A DNA stretch of 64,000 nt from Mobula hypostoma (Eukaryota), in assembly GCF_963921235.1 (NCBI RefSeq), contig NC_086097.1:193194001-193258000 (forward strand), written 5' to 3'. The notes below the pieces were generated by a model. It was not told where the DNA came from. It worked only from the letters and a program-made list of their open reading frames with translations, and ran no database searches. Position numbers and translations under genes: made by a program. Positions 13,020 to 26,641 of the stretch are shown in pieces. Numbering within the stretch: the first letter of the stretch is position 1; each line of letters opens with the position of its first letter.

Positions 13020-14022
13020 GCATTTCTTCACTGACAGTGAGTGGGAATAAAAGGATCCTTTTCTGGTTGTCTGCCGGTGACTAGTGGTGTTCCGCAGGGG
13101 TCGGAGTTGAACTGCTTGTTTTATGCTGTATATCAATGATTTAGATGATGGAATAGATGGCTTTGTTGCCAAGTTTGCAGATGAAACAGATTGGTGGAGG
13201 GGCAGGTAGTATTGAGGAAACAGGAAGGCTATAGAAGGACTTGGATTAAGAAAATGAAATATAATGTTGGAAAATACATGATCATGCATTTTGGTAGAAG
13301 AAATAAATGTGCAGACTATTTTCTAAACAGGGAGAAAATCTAAAAATCTTGAGATGCAAAGAGACTTGGGAGTACTTGTGCAGAATACCCTAAAGGTTAA
13401 TTTGCAGGTTGAGTTGGTGCTGGGAAAGCAAATGCAATGTTAGCATTCATTTCAAGAGGTCCAGAATATAACAGCAGAGGTGTGATACTGAGACTTTATA
13501 AAGCACTGGTGAGGTCTCACCAGTATTGTGAACAGTTTTGGGTTCCTCATCCAAAAAAAATAAGAGTTCAGAGGAGGTTCACAAGGGTGATTCCAGGAAT
13601 GAAAGGGTTATCGTATGAGGAACGTTTGTTGGTTCTAGACCTGGATTTGCTGGAAATTAGAAGGGTTAGGAGGAAATCTCATTGAAACCTTTCGAATGTT
13701 GAAAGGCCTAGACAGAGTAGATGTGGAAAGGATGTTTCCCTTGATAGAGGGGCATCCATTTAAAACAGAGATGCAGAGAAATTTCTTTAGCCAGAGGGTG
13801 GTGAATTTGTAGAACTTATTACCACAGGTAGCTGTGGTAGTCAGGTTGTCGGGTGTATTTAAGGCAGAGCCTGATAGTTTTTTGATTGGACATGGCATTA
13901 AAAGTTCTAGGGAGAAGGCCAGAGAGGGGGGCTGAAGAGGGGGGAGAAAAAGGATCAGCCATGATTAAATGATGCAGACTTGATGGGCCAAATGGCCTAA
14001 TTCTGCTCTTATGTCTTATGGT
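13020..14022 (+). mobile_element. CR1-like LINE 3' part
   Basis: gtgactagtggtgttccgcagggg (VTSGVPQG), KFAD, MLAFISRG...LYKALVRSH, and the typical 3'UTR. Confidence 0.85.
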
Positions 14023-15570
14023 CTTTCCCCACCTCACCACCTAATTTCCACCAAATTTAAGGCAAAAAGGGGTGAGGTTGGGTCAGTTGAATGGGTGAAA
14101 ACAACATTCTGGGAAAACAGGCGATAACAAAAATTTGTTTTCTAAATTGTGATATGAAAAGAAAACCAAAGAAAATTAACACTTTGATGGTTTAATTGGA
14201 CATGATTGTGAATATTTTCAGATGCCACTTGGTCTTCCCAAGTCACCAAAATCATGAATATGAAACAACTGCACAGTTCTAACTGGAGATCTGGCATTTG
14301 CCCTGTTGAGGGCAAAAATAAATTAAATTTAACAATTCCTAGGCCATGCTTATTTGCATATACAAAAAGAGCTCTAATGTATACTTCAGTTCCAGCTCCA
14401 AATTCCCTTCATCAGGAGAAACGAGCTCGGGCAATGTTTATGTTCATTTAAAGAAACTCATAAGGGGAGAAGTAACCATTTATTCAGATGGGGGAGGAGG
14501 ATTTTACATAAAACTCCAAAATTTGAGTTGTTTCACTTATGAGGTCTGCTTAAATATATTTTATTAGCATTGCAGGAAAGAGCTCGGTAAGACTCACGTG
14601 ATGAGATGAATGTTCTGTTTCTGTTCTCTAGCAGTCTATGAGTCTAAAATATTGAATGTTTACATTTTTCTTGGTATTCAATTTTCAGCAATGAATTTTA
14701 GACAGATAGACAGTGGGTTGGATTGGCAGAAATTTAAAAGTAAATGGTAAATGTTTACGGAAGAAGCCATTAGCTAAAATGATTGCTGGTGCCCTCTTGT
14801 CATGCCTTTCCATGTACCCATTTGGGTTTATGCCCTATGCTCACCTCTACCTGCATGTAGTCCCATAAAAACAAACTGCCAAATTGGGAGAGAATTTGAT
14901 CAGTTTTTTTTTGTTACCAGCTAGGTTGGAACATGGAGCTGTCTCAAAGACTTGCAGATTAATTGAATGCTGTCTGTTGCCCCGAGTGCAGATGAGTGAT
15001 GAAATCTGGGGAGAGCTGCTGGGAGTATAGAGAGAATAGGTTACCGGGAGAATTATTGGGGGAAATCCAATTGCTCTCTGAGACAGCATATGGTCCTTGT
15101 GTATTTTGAAATCATAATAAAAGATGGAATAATCTATATGGAATCTACACCTTCTTTATATACTTAGGCTAAAATACTCTCAGTTCCATTGTGTGCAACC
15201 AATCCCAAAGCATAGCGCTGATAAAGAATGGCCTTCTGTTACTTTTCTGCCAAGTCTGGTTTCCATGTGTATTCTTTGGACATGTCGCCACCATTCTGTT
15301 GTAAACAATAAGCAGGGAAAGCTTTCATCTACCATTGCTTGCAGTTTGGTCTGACTTTGGATTTATATATGTATTTAATTGAATATACCAAACAACCATA
15401 AAAATGTTTGCAATCACTAGTAGATGTGCATGCTAAGTACAACAGAGAGGATGAATTGTTACCTCAGTCTTTTTCATTTGCTCCCTGATTCTCCAGCTGT
15501 TTATTCTGCCTTCTCCCTGTTTCTTTCATTGCATTTGACTTATTATTTGAATCCAAACAAAAAGTGAAGG

Positions 15571-16259
15571 AACACACATAAAAGTTGCTGGTGAACACAG
15601 CAGGCCAGGCAGCATCTCTAGGAAGAGGTACAGTCGATGTTTCAGGCCAAGACCCTTCGTCAGGACTAACTGAAGGAAGAGCTAGTAAGAGGTTTGAAAG
15701 TGGGAGGGGGAAGGGGAGATCCAAAATGATAGGAGAAGACAGGAGGGGGAGGGATGGAGCCAAGAGCTGGACAGTTGATTAACAAAAGGGATATGAGAGG
15801 ATCATGGGACAGGAGGCCTAGGGAGAAAGAAAGGGAGAGTGGGAAGCCCAGAGGATGGGCAAGGGGTATAGTCAGAGGGACAGAGGGAGAAAAAGGAGAG
15901 AGAGAAAAAGAGTGTGTGTGTGTATATATAAATAAATAAATAACGGATGGGGTACGAGGGAGAGGTGGGGCATTAGCGGAAGATTGAGAAGTCAATGTTC
16001 ATGCCATCAGGTTGGAGGCTACCCAGACGGAATATAAGTTGTTGTTCCTCCAACCTGAGTGTGGCTCTCCCCCTCCCCCTCCCACTTTCAAATCTCTTAC
16101 TAGGTCTTCTTTCAGTTAGGCCTGACGAAGGGTCTTGGCCCAAAACCTCGACTGTACCTCTTCCTAGAGATGCTGCCTGGCCTGCTGCATTCACCAGCAA
16201 CTTTGATATGTGTTGCTTGAAATTCCAGCATCTGCAGATTTCCTCATGTTTACGTTTTT
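15571..16259 (-). mobile_element. Penelope-like element 3' end plus inverted terminal repeat, ~12-bp TSD
   Basis: ATLRLEEQQLIFRLGSLQPDGMNIDFS C-terminus on minus. 16066-16215 is an inverted copy of 15571-15715. Flanks aaaaagtgaagg (15559-15570) and aaaaaatgaagg (16260-16271). Confidence 0.88.
15631..15670 (-). ncRNA. Minimal type-I hammerhead motif (core intact; stem III palindrome ACGU changed to ACAU)
   Basis: Minus strand: UAGUC CUGACGA A GGGU CUUG GCCU GAAA C AUC GACUG. Confidence 0.55.
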
Positions 16260-16369
16260 AAAAAATGAAGGGAGGGGAAGAATGAGAAAGCATAGGCTAA
16301 CTTGAACCTGCATTGAGAGCATGTAGCTTTAGCCACAGAACATACTTATATTCATGGTAATCATTCTGT

Positions 16370-16710
16370 CATAAGTCAAAACCAAGTTTATTGTCATATT
16401 CTCAAGTGCATGTACGCACAGCTACAGTGAAAAACCTGCAGCAGCATCACAGGCACATAGCACACAATTAGAACAATAAAAATAAAGTCCACTGTTGAGC
16501 AAAGTGACATGGTGTTGCTATAATGAGTGGCGTTCAGTGTTGTGAAGATTGGTTTTAAGAACTGAATGGTTAAAGGGAAGTGGGTGGCTTGAACGTGGTG
16601 GTGTGGGAATTAAAATTGCTGTACATCCTGCCTAATGTTAACTGTGAGAAGACAGCATAGCCTAGATAGTGAGGATCTTTGATCGTAGATGTTGTCTTTT
16701 TGAGGCATAC
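16370..16710 (-). mobile_element. Rex1/Babar-like LINE 3' end
   Basis: IKDPHYLGYAVFSQLTLGRMY on minus, plus aagtttattgtcata tail. Confidence 0.65.
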
Positions 16711-17284
16711 TTTGGGACCAACTTGGGTTAAAGTCATAGTCCTCAAGTATTTAAGAGAAAAAAACACTTCAAGAATTCTCTATTTTTTTCTTTCCTGACC
16801 TCCAACTCTTCCTGAACATCTACTCAACAACATTTATCCACATTTATTAAAATTTATATGCAATAAAACACATATACGAAACAACCATCTTTGTGAACAG
16901 TTGTAGACACATCCAGCAGTTTATCATGCTTCCACATCCACTCTGAAGCACTGGGAACATCTTTCCTTTTTCCCACTCTGTTCATTGGTATCTTCAACCA
17001 CATCTGGGTGTCACTGAGTTGTTGCTTTGTCCTCATACACATCCATAACTGCATTTAATCGACAGCATCTCTTATCCCTTTCAACTACTCCATATTCAGA
17101 TTGCAACCACTGTCTTCCCTCTATCTTAACACAGCTAGATGTGCTTTGCACTGTGTCTCTGTGAAACAGTCCATGGTCCATGAGGAGTAGGAGGCATACA
17201 TAAAACCTTTAACTTTGGTTAATAGGACTATAGGTGGAAGTTATGCAGCATTATCATAACGTTGGTCAAGATTCTACTGTAAAT

Positions 17285-18183
17285 TATTGCAGGATCAGTA
17301 ATTGATTTGGATGAAAAAGTTGAAGGGTAAGTTAGTAAGTCTGCAAGTAAAATGAAGGGTTGAGGTGTTGTGAATAGTGTAGAAGATTGTTGTAGATTAC
17401 AAGGGACATAGACAGGATGCAGAGCTGGGCTGAAAAGTGGCAGATGAGTTTAATCTGAAAAAGTGTGAAGTGATACACTGTGGAAGGTAGAACTTGAAGA
17501 TAAAGTACAAGGTAAATGACAGCGTGGAAGATCTAAGGGATCTTGGGTTCCAAGTCCATAGATCCTTTTAAGCTGCCACACATTTTGAGAAGGTGGTTAG
17601 GAAGGTGTATGGTGTCTTTGGCCTTAATTAGTCAGGGGACTGAGTTCAAAAGCCATTGTGTAATGGAATAAAACTCAGGCTAGACTACACTTGGAGTATT
17701 GTGTTTATTTCTGGTTCCCTTATTATAGGAAAAATATGGATGTATTAGAGAGGGTGCAGAGAGGATTTACCAGGATGCCATCTGGATTGGAAAACATGTC
17801 TTATGAGGAAAGGTTGAGTAAACTTAGGGCTTCTCTCTTTGGAGCAAAGGGGATGACTTGATAAAGGTGTATAAGATTGTAAGAGGAATGGATAGAGTGG
17901 CCAGCCAGTACCTTTTTCCCAAAGCAGCAATAGCTAATTTTAGAGGACCTCCTGTTAAGGCCAGAGGAGGAAAGCTTAGAGATGTCACATGTAGGTTTTT
18001 TACACAGAGAATAGTAAGTGCCTGAAATGTAGTGGCCAAGGTTGATATACTAGTGACAGTTTAGATCGGCACAAGGGTGAGAGACAGATGCAAGGTTCTG
18101 AGCTGTGTAGGAGGGAAGGGTAGATTGATTGTGGTGTAACAGCATGGGCCAAAGGGTCCATACTCTGCTGTTCTATTCTATGT
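17285..18183 (+). mobile_element. Degenerate CR1-like LINE 3' part
   Basis: gaaaagtggcagatg, cacttggagtattgtg, gagagggtgcagagaggatttaccagg, and ctgttctattctatg tail. Confidence 0.8.
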
Positions 18184-18982
18184 AATTTTCCTCAGCATTA
18201 CCTAAACTGTTATTTTCTTTGTGATGATAGTGAAAATGTAGATGTTGAATCTGAGGATAATATTATTTTACTCATCCTCTCTAATGCTTTCACATCTTTG
18301 CTAAAATGAGGCATTAAGAATATCAGTGGTTATGATTAAACTGTCAACATTTACATATTTTATAGTGCTTTATGTAATTTTGAAGCATTGTCTTTGGAGT
18401 GCTGTGGTATAAATTTAATGGTTCAATTGTTTTTATCATTAGAATCACTTGTATATTCAGTTATGTGCAATTAAGTTGTAATTCCACAATTAAATTACAG
18501 CCCACTGAAGCTTTAATTCACTGGCTTGGATTTTGGCATTTTTTGTAATATTTCCATTCGCAGACTTGGTCACCCATTTCACTTCCACACAATTTGCTTG
18601 TACAAATTACACTATGCAGCATACTGTACTTATTTTCAACATTCATCATTAAGAATGGATCCAGCACACAAATCAAGATGATGTTGATTTGTTGGTTATA
18701 TAAATATAAGCTGCATATTGTGCTTTGTCAAACCAAGAACACATGGAACTGAGATGGGCAATCAGATTTGGGATCAGAAGGATTCCAGAGAATTGCAAAT
18801 TGATTCTTGGCTATAATAGTCGTTTAGTTATTTCAAGGGCTTGGTTAGCTATCAGGATGCAGAAATTAACAACAAATGCAGGAAAACCCAAATAAAATTA
18901 GATAGTACTGGATGTATAGAGGAGATCAAGTAGCATTAGGAAAGAAAAGTGGGAAGTTATGATATATCTAACACATCATTAG

Positions 18983-20940
18983 AAACACACACAGAATGCT
19001 GGAGGAACTCAGCAGGTCAGACAGCATCTATGGAAATGAATAAACAGTCGATGTTTCGGTTGAGACCCTTCATCAGAACTGAAAAGGAAAGGGGATGATG
19101 TAAGATTAAAAAGGTGAGGGAAGAGGAAGGAGGATAGCTAGAAGTTGAAGCCAGGTGGATTGGAAAGATAAAGTGCTGGAGAGGAAGGAATCTGATAGGA
19201 GAGAAGAGTGGACCATTGGAGCAAGGAAGGAGGAGGGAACCTAGGGAGGTGATAGAGGTAAGAGGCCAGAGAGGGAAATAGAAGAAGCGGCGGGTGGATT
19301 TTTTTTTACCGGAAGGAGAAATCAGTATTCATGAAGAGATACCCTGCACTTTGAAGAAGGAGGACTTCTCTGATCTCCTAGAAAGGAAAGCTACATCCTG
19401 GGAACAGATGCAGTGCAGATGACGGAACGGAGAAAAGGGAATAGCACCTTTGCAGGAAATGGGGGGGAGTGAAGAGGTACAGTCAAGGTAACCATGAGGA
19501 TCAGTACGCTTATAAAAGGTGTCTATTGATAGTTTGTCTCCAAAGGTGGAGACAGAGATCGAGAAGGTGGGGGGGGGGTGGTGTCAGAAATGGATCAAGA
19601 GAATTTAGGGGCAGGGTGAAGTTGGAGACAGTGTGGGTGCATGAAGCAGCTCCAATGCAATCATTGGAGAAAGAGTGGGGGAGCATTACCATGGAAGGCT
19701 TGGAACATGGACTGCTTTACGTAGCCAACAAAGAGCCAGGCATTACTGGGGCCCATGTCGGTGCCATGGCTACCCATGGAGTTTGGAGAAAGTAGAAGGT
19801 GCTGAAGGAAAAATTGTTGAGAGTGAGGAAACCAGTTCTGCCAGGTGGAGGGGAACTGGTTGGTTCTTGTATTGAGAAACCAGTGGAGAGCTTTGAGGCC
19901 TTCTTGGTGGGGATAGAGTGTATAGGGCCTGAACATCCATGGTGAAAATGAGGCCATCAGGGCCAGGGAATTGAAGATTGTTCGTTTCAAGGGGTAGGCA
20001 TGAGGAGGTGTCTGAGCGTTGCCACCTAGCCTTAGCAAGGTAGAGGTCAATGCGTCACACTACCCCTCCCTTTGTCTGTAGATTTGATGGTAAGGTTAGA
20101 ATTGGTGCATAGAGAGTGGAGATCAGTGCATTAAGAGGGGGTAAGGTCTGAGAAGGAGAGAGGATTGCTGAAGCCAAGCCAGTTGATGTTTCTTCAGCAA
20201 TTCGAGATGAAAAGAAGAGGAGAAGGGTTGGAGATAGGAAAAGGGGTCATCGGTGCAGCATGTGGAATTCTTGCCAAAGAAGTGGGGTCAGGGACCGAGG
20301 CAATGGAAGAAGAGAGCATCACAGCAGGCATGGAACTTTCTGAGCTGCAGACGAAGGGGGACAAAGGTAAGGCCCTTGCTGAGGACAGCACGTTCTGTAT
20401 CAGAGAGGGGAAGGTTGGAGGAATGGTGTCGACATGGCAAGGATTAGAGCTGAGATCAGAGAGGGAAAGGGGTGGTGCTAGAGGAGAGAGGAGGGTTGAG
20501 GTCTTCAGAGAAGGTGAGGTGAGAGGAAGGTGGAGGCTCCAAGGATCCCAGAGGTGACGGTGAAGCCTGAGAGATATGGGGTTGGAGAGTGGTGGTAGGG
20601 GAAGTGGAGCCTGGGGGCCCAGCAACAGCAATTAAAGTCTTAGCCTGGAGTGCTCATGGTTAACATCCAGGCTGGAGCCGGAGCTGGAGGCCACACAATT
20701 TGCAGTCTAAAGACCTCCAGGGTCGTAGGAACGGGCATTGGCAGCAGTGGTATCCAGGTTCTGAATCCATTTGGGGTCATTGGAACTGGGGTTAGCAGCA
20801 ACACTGTCACAGGTCCGGAGGTGTACAGAGCTGTCAGGTCATTAAAAACATCTGTTTTGGAGCAGAATCACACTGCGCTGAATATTTGCAATGAAAATCA
20901 ATTAAATTGTGGATTCATCTTTTTTGCAACCATCCTTAGG
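18983..20940 (-). mobile_element. Older, longer Penelope-like element (N-terminal region, RT remnants, terminal repeat)
   Basis: Minus-strand RT remnants (LYPHQEGLKAL, MGPSNAWLFVGYV), RALPLSPFVCSSE (ADKG region antisense) and the PLE terminal repeat at 18983-19330. Confidence 0.8.
19045..19080 (-). ncRNA. Minimal type-I hammerhead motif, near-intact
   Basis: Minus strand: AGUU CUGAUGA AGGGUCUCAACC GAAA C AUC GACU. Confidence 0.45.
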
Positions 20941-21001
20941 TCAAAACAAAACAATTGTGAAATTCAATTGGGCAAAAAAAACTGCTCCATGTCAGGCTAT
21001 A

Positions 21002-21500
21002 CACTCAGTGGCCACTTTATTAGGTACAGCCACATGTTTATGCAAATATCTAATCAGCCAATTATGTGGCAACATCTCAATGCATAAGAGTATACAGACA
21101 TGGTCAAGAGGTTTAGTTGTTCTTCAGACAGCAGAATAGGAAGAAATGAAATCTTTAACCATGGAATGATTGTTTGCTGATCTCCTGGGATTTTCACGCA
21201 CAACAATCTAGAGTTTACAGAGAATGGTGCAAAAAACCAAACCAAAAAATCAAGTGAACAGCAGTTCTGGACAAAAGTGCCTTGTTAATGAAAGAGATCA
21301 GACTGATAACAGATGGGAAAGGTAACAGTAACTCAAATAACCCGGTATTACAACAATGATGTGCAGAAGGGCATCTCTGAACACTCAACACACTGAAGTG
21401 GATGGGCTACAGCAGCAGAAGACTATGAGCATACAGAAATACACTCAGTGGCCACTTTATTAGGTATCTCCTGTACCTAATAAAGTGGCCTCCAAGATGT
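21002..21500. mobile_element. Tc1/mariner-like non-autonomous element, inverted relative to 6991-7511, ending in a mini TIR-TIR palindrome
   Basis: TA|cactcagtggccactttattaggtac at 21002. At 21442-21490, cactcagtggccactttattaggta-tctcctg-tacctaataaagtggcc. Confidence 0.8.
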
Positions 21501-22263
21501 ACCTTTGCTTGAAAAGTGCAAATGTCCCAACAGCATCCTTAGCCTCCCAGTCTATCAGAGGCTCACCAGTGAAGATATTGGGCCATCTTTTTCATGATGT
21601 ACTTACACACTGCATAGTATTTTCAGAGTAAAGTTTAGCATTCACATCATTCACTTGCAGTAAAATTTTAATAATTTCACTATTTCCAACATGTTGTACC
21701 TTTTTGTTCACTGAGTGCAATTTCTTAACTACATTTTAAGACACAAATTTGTTACACATATTTTCTGAAATCTAATGGCGGTGGGGAAGATGAAATGGTT
21801 GTTCCCTCACTTGTCAAGTTACCTATTGGCCAACTGATTGATAACTGTACACCCAACTGGGAGGCAAGTTGTATCTCCCAAGCTGAATGGAATATGCAGT
21901 AACATGCACATTCTCCATTATCTGAAAATTATTATCACATACACATTGTATTTAATATCATCAGTAAAACTAAAGGATATTTCCAGCAGGCAGCAGTTGT
22001 TATAGCTGGTTGGGTAACACTTAGTATAAATATTACTGCTCATAGAGTGTGGTAGATCACTGAAATTCTGTTACCTGAAAGGTTGTGGAAGCTAGATCAG
22101 TTGGAGGTCTTTAAAGAGGAAGTAGATAATTATTAAGAGATTAAGGAATTGAGGGCTATGAGGACATGGCAGTGAGAGAGTTGAGTTCTAAGGGAAAACA
22201 AGGACTTCTTAATTTCATTAGGCAGTATTCACCCAGACTGTTAAGGGTTAAGTTCACTGTGTA

Positions 22264-22393
22264 TGTTACGTGTTACGTTGTACATCATTACATATTGGGG
22301 GCGGGGTTTTTTCCTGATATATATATGAAGTCGCCATTTGTTTGCAGTGGAATAAAGTGTACACTTGTGTCAATTTTTGTCGACACTCCTACA
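22264..22393 (+). mobile_element. Candidate short solo LTR
   Basis: TGT...ACA ends, TATA-like gatatatatatgaag, AATAAA; flanks gtgta/gtata (5 bp, one mismatch). Confidence 0.4.
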
Positions 22394-23204
22394 GTATAAT
22401 TATATTGGTTTCGAGGGTCAAATGGCTTGTACCTGCTCCTGTTTTACTTTCTTATCTACAGTTGACCCTCTTTGTTATGGCCATTCAGATAATGGAATCA
22501 AGCCTTTACAGAATTCACAAATCACTATCCAAAAGTTTGAGATATGGAATAAAATTTGATCTCAAGAATTTATGTGGGGAGAAAAGTAAATAAATAAACA
22601 TAAAATCTGTTTCTTTCAACTTGAGTTTCTTGACATGAGCAGATAATGAAACTTTGCATTATAGAAAAATCATGAAACTGTTTACTTGGAACACAAACAC
22701 CAACTCCCATCATAAAGCAGGTACCATCTGTTCTTATAGTATGAAATAGAGAAAATTCTAAGATGGCTATCAAGTTCTGATTTTCAGCTCTGAATCAGTT
22801 ATAATGCGATTGGAAACTCCAAAACGTTTCCCTGCTTTTTACCAAAGCTGTAGTGAAAACTTGAGATCGCCTCCATGGAAATTCTGTACTGTAACTTTTT
22901 AAAACAAAATTTATATAAAAACAGTTAATACAGAGTTTATACTGTTTAATTCTAAACTGGAATAGTCAAAAGAAACAAAAAGGTATTAAAGAGCATTACA
23001 AACAGTTCAATATATAATGGATTATTTATGTCAGTGAGAATGAGGAAAAATTAATGAGCGGGATTTGTTAGTTTAGGGGACACAGTATATAGTGAAAAGG
23101 TGAAAATTATTAAAGTGGTTTATTCTATATTAACTGCTCTTACGTGGATTATGTTTTGAAAAGTCAAGGTGCAGAATTTTCATGGAGGTCCTCCCAGTCT
23201 TACA

Positions 23205-26200
23205 CTGTAGCTTTGGTAGAAAGCATGGGAAACATTGTGAGGACTCGGATCAGGTCCCAAATATTCTGAAGGGAGAGGGCGAGCAGACAGCTGTCTTGAT
23301 ACATGTTGGTACCAATGACATAGATAGGAAAAGGGAGGAGGTCCTGAAGAGAGATTTCTAGGAGTTAGGAAGGAAGCTGAGAAGCAGGACCTCCAGGGTA
23401 GTAATTTTGGGATTGCTACCTGTGCCACGTGCTGGCGAGGGCAAGAATAGTAGGATCAGGCAGATGAATGCGTGGCTGAGAGACTGGTGCAGGCGGTAGG
23501 GCTTCAGATTCTTGAATCATTGGGATCTCTTCTGGGGTAAGTATGACCTGTTCAAAAAGGACAGGCTACACGTGAACCCAAAGGGGACCAATATCCTGGC
23601 GCGAAGGTTTAATAGAGCTGTTAGTGGGGGTTGAAACTAATTTGGCAGGGGGTTGGGAACCGGAATGATAGAGTGGAGGAAGGGGGAAAACAGAAATAAA
23701 TCTAAGATGGTGAGCAGTAAGGATGTCAGGAAGGACAGGCAGGTGATGGGGCAAATTTGCAGCCATTGGGATAAGTTGCAGTGCAATCAAAGCAAAAAGT
23801 AACAAATACTGGACTTAAGGTGTTACACTTAAATGCACACAGCATAAGGAATAAGGTGGATGATCTTGTCGTACAGCTACAGATTGGCAGGTATGATATT
23901 GTGGCCATCACTGACACATGGTTAAAGGATGCACGTCTCTGGGAACTGAACATCCAAGGATACATTGTGTATCGGAAGGATAGGCAGGTAGGCAGAGGGG
24001 GTGGCGTGGCTTTATTGGTAAGAAATTATATTATATCATTAGAAAGAGGTGACATAGGATCTGAAGGTGCAGAATCTTTATGGGTTGAGTTAAGAAATCG
24101 CAGAGGTAAAAGGACCCTGATGGCAGTTATATATAGGCCTCCTAACAGCTGCAGTGATGTGGACAACAAATTACAACAGGAAATAGAAAAGGCTTGTCAG
24201 AAGGGCAGTGTTATGATAATTGTGGGGGATTTTAACATGCGAGTAGATTGGAAAAAACAGGTCAGCACTGGATCTAAAGAGAGAGAATTTGTAGAATGTC
24301 TGCGAGATGGCTTTTTAGAACAGCTTGTTGTTGAGCCCACTAGGGGATCGACTGTACTGGATTGGGTATTGTGTAATGAACCGGAGGTGATTGGAGAGAT
24401 TGAGGTGAAGGAACCCTTAGGAGGCAGTGATCATAACATGATTGAGTTCACTGTGAAATTTGAGAAAAAGAAGCCGAAATCCGATGTGTCGGTATTTCAT
24501 TGGGGTAAAGGAAATTACAATGGCATAAGAGAGGAACTGACTAAAGTTGACTGGAAAAGAACACTAGCGGGAAAGACGGCAGAGCAGCAGTGACTGGAGT
24601 TTATGCAAGAAGTGAGGAAGGTGCAAGGCAGATATATTCCAAAAAAGAAGGTATTTTCAAATGGAAAAAGGATACAACCGTGGCTGACAAGAGAAGTCAA
24701 AGCCAAAGTTAAAGCAAAGGAGAGGGCATACAAGGAAGCAAAAATTAGTTGGAAGACAGAGGATTGGGAAGTTTTTAAAAGCTTAAAAAAGGAAACTAAG
24801 TGGGTCGTTAAGAGGGAAAAGATGAACTATGAAAGGAAGCTAGCAAATAATATCAGAGGATACTAAAAGCTTTTTCAAGTATATAAAGAGTAAAAGACAG
24901 GTGAGAGTAGATATAGGACCAATAGAAAATCATGCTGGAGAAATTGTAATGGGAGATAAGAAGATGGCGGAGGAACTGAACAAGTATTTTGCATCAGTCT
25001 TCACTAAGGAAGACATCAGCGGTATACCGGACACTCAAGGGTGACAGGGAAGAGAAGCATGTGCAGTTACAATTACGACAGAGAAAGTACTCAGGAAGCT
25101 GAATAGTCTAAGGGTAGATAAATCTCCCAGTCCAGGTAGAATGCACCCTCGTGTTCTGCAGGAAGTAGCTGTGGAGATTGCGGAGGCATTAGTGATGATC
25201 TTTCAAAAGTCGATAGATTCTGGCATGGTTCCGGAAGACTGGAAGATTGTAAATGTCACTCTGCTATTTAAGAAGGGGGCAAGGAAGCAAAAAGGAAATT
25301 ATAGACCTTTTAGCTTGACATGGAGTACATGGAGGCATATGACAAGATAGGCAGAACTTAGCATGGTTTCCTTAAACGAAAATCCTGCCTGACAAACCTA
25401 TTGCAATTTTTTTAGGAAATTACAAGTAGGCTAGACAAGGGAGATGCAGTGGATGTTGTGTATTTGGATTTTCAGAAGGCCTTTGACAAGGTGCCGCACA
25501 TGAGGCTGCTAAACAAGATAAGAGCCCATGGAATTACGGGAAAGTTACATACGTGCATAGAGCGTTGGCTGATTGGCAGGAAACAGAGAGTGGGAATAAA
25601 GGGATCCCATTCTGGTTGGCTGCTGGTTACCAGTGGTGTTCCACAGGAGTCTGTGTTGGGGCCGCTTCTTTTTATGTTGTACATCAACGATTTGGATTAT
25701 GGAATAGATGGTTTTGTGGCTAAGTTTGCTGATGATACAAAGATAGGTGGAGGGGCCGGTAGTGCTGAGGAAACAAAGAGTCTACAGAGAGACTTGGATA
25801 GATTGGGAGAATGGGCAAAGAAGTGGCAAATGAAATACAATGTTGGAAAGTGTATGGTTATGCACTTTGGTAGAAGAAATAAACGGGCAGATGATTATTT
25901 AAATGGGGAGAGAATTCAAAGTTCTGAGATGCAATGGGACTTGGGAGTCCTCGTGCAGAATACCCTTAAAGTTAACCTCCAGGTTGAGTCGGTGGTGAAG
26001 AAGGCGAATGCAATGTTGGCATTCATTTCTAGAGGAATAGAGTATAGGAGCAAGAATGTGATGTTGAGGCTCTATAAGGCACTGGTAAGACCTCACTTGG
26101 AGTACTGTGTGCAGTTTTGGGCTCCTTATTTAAGAAAGGATGTGCTGACGTTGGAGAGGTTTCAGAGAAGATTCACTGGAATGAGAGGGTTAACATATGA

Positions 26201-26641
26201 GAAACGTTTGACTGCTCTTGGACTGTACTCCTTGGAGTTTAGAAGAATGAGGGGAGACCTCATAGAAACATTTCGAATGTTGAAAGGCATGAACAGAGTG
26301 GATGTGGAAAAGTTGTTTCCCATGGTAGGGGAGTCTAGTACGAGAGGGCATGACTTAAGGATTGAAGGGCGCCCATTCAGAACAGAGATGCGAAGAAATT
26401 TTTTTAGCCAGAGGGTGGTGAATCTGTGGAATTTGTTGCCATGGGCGGCAGTGGAGGTCAAGTCATTGCGTGTATTTAAGGCAGAGATTGATAGGTATCT
26501 GAGTAGCCAGGGATCAAAGGTTATGGTGAGAAGGTGGGGGAGTGCGACTATATGGGAGAACGGATCAGCTCATGATAAAATGGCGGAGCAGACTCGATGG
26601 GCCGAATGGCTGACTTCTGCTCCTTTGTCTTATGGTCTTAT
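23205..26641 (+). mobile_element. Near-full-length CR1-like LINE: ORF1 SGNH-esterase remnant plus ORF2 APE-RT, few lesions
   Basis: ORF1 ILKGEGEQTAVLIHVGTNDI...DRLHVNPKGTNILA. ORF2 LHLNAHSIRNK, IYRPPN, VGDFN, SDHNMI (23781-24593). RT YLDFQKAFDKVPH, VPQESVLGPLLF, KFADDTK (25449-26678). 3'UTR ending tcttatggtctta. Confidence 0.95.

Noticed and set aside
14576..14634. Possible microexon (tgcag|gaaagagctcg|gtaaga) and a nearby NAGNAG acceptor
   Set aside because: About 11 nt and frame-shifting, with a weak pyrimidine tract and no supporting homology.
20165..21087. 130-145-aa ORFs on both strands
   Set aside because: Off-frame or antisense readings of an old PLE and the adjacent Tc1 MITE.
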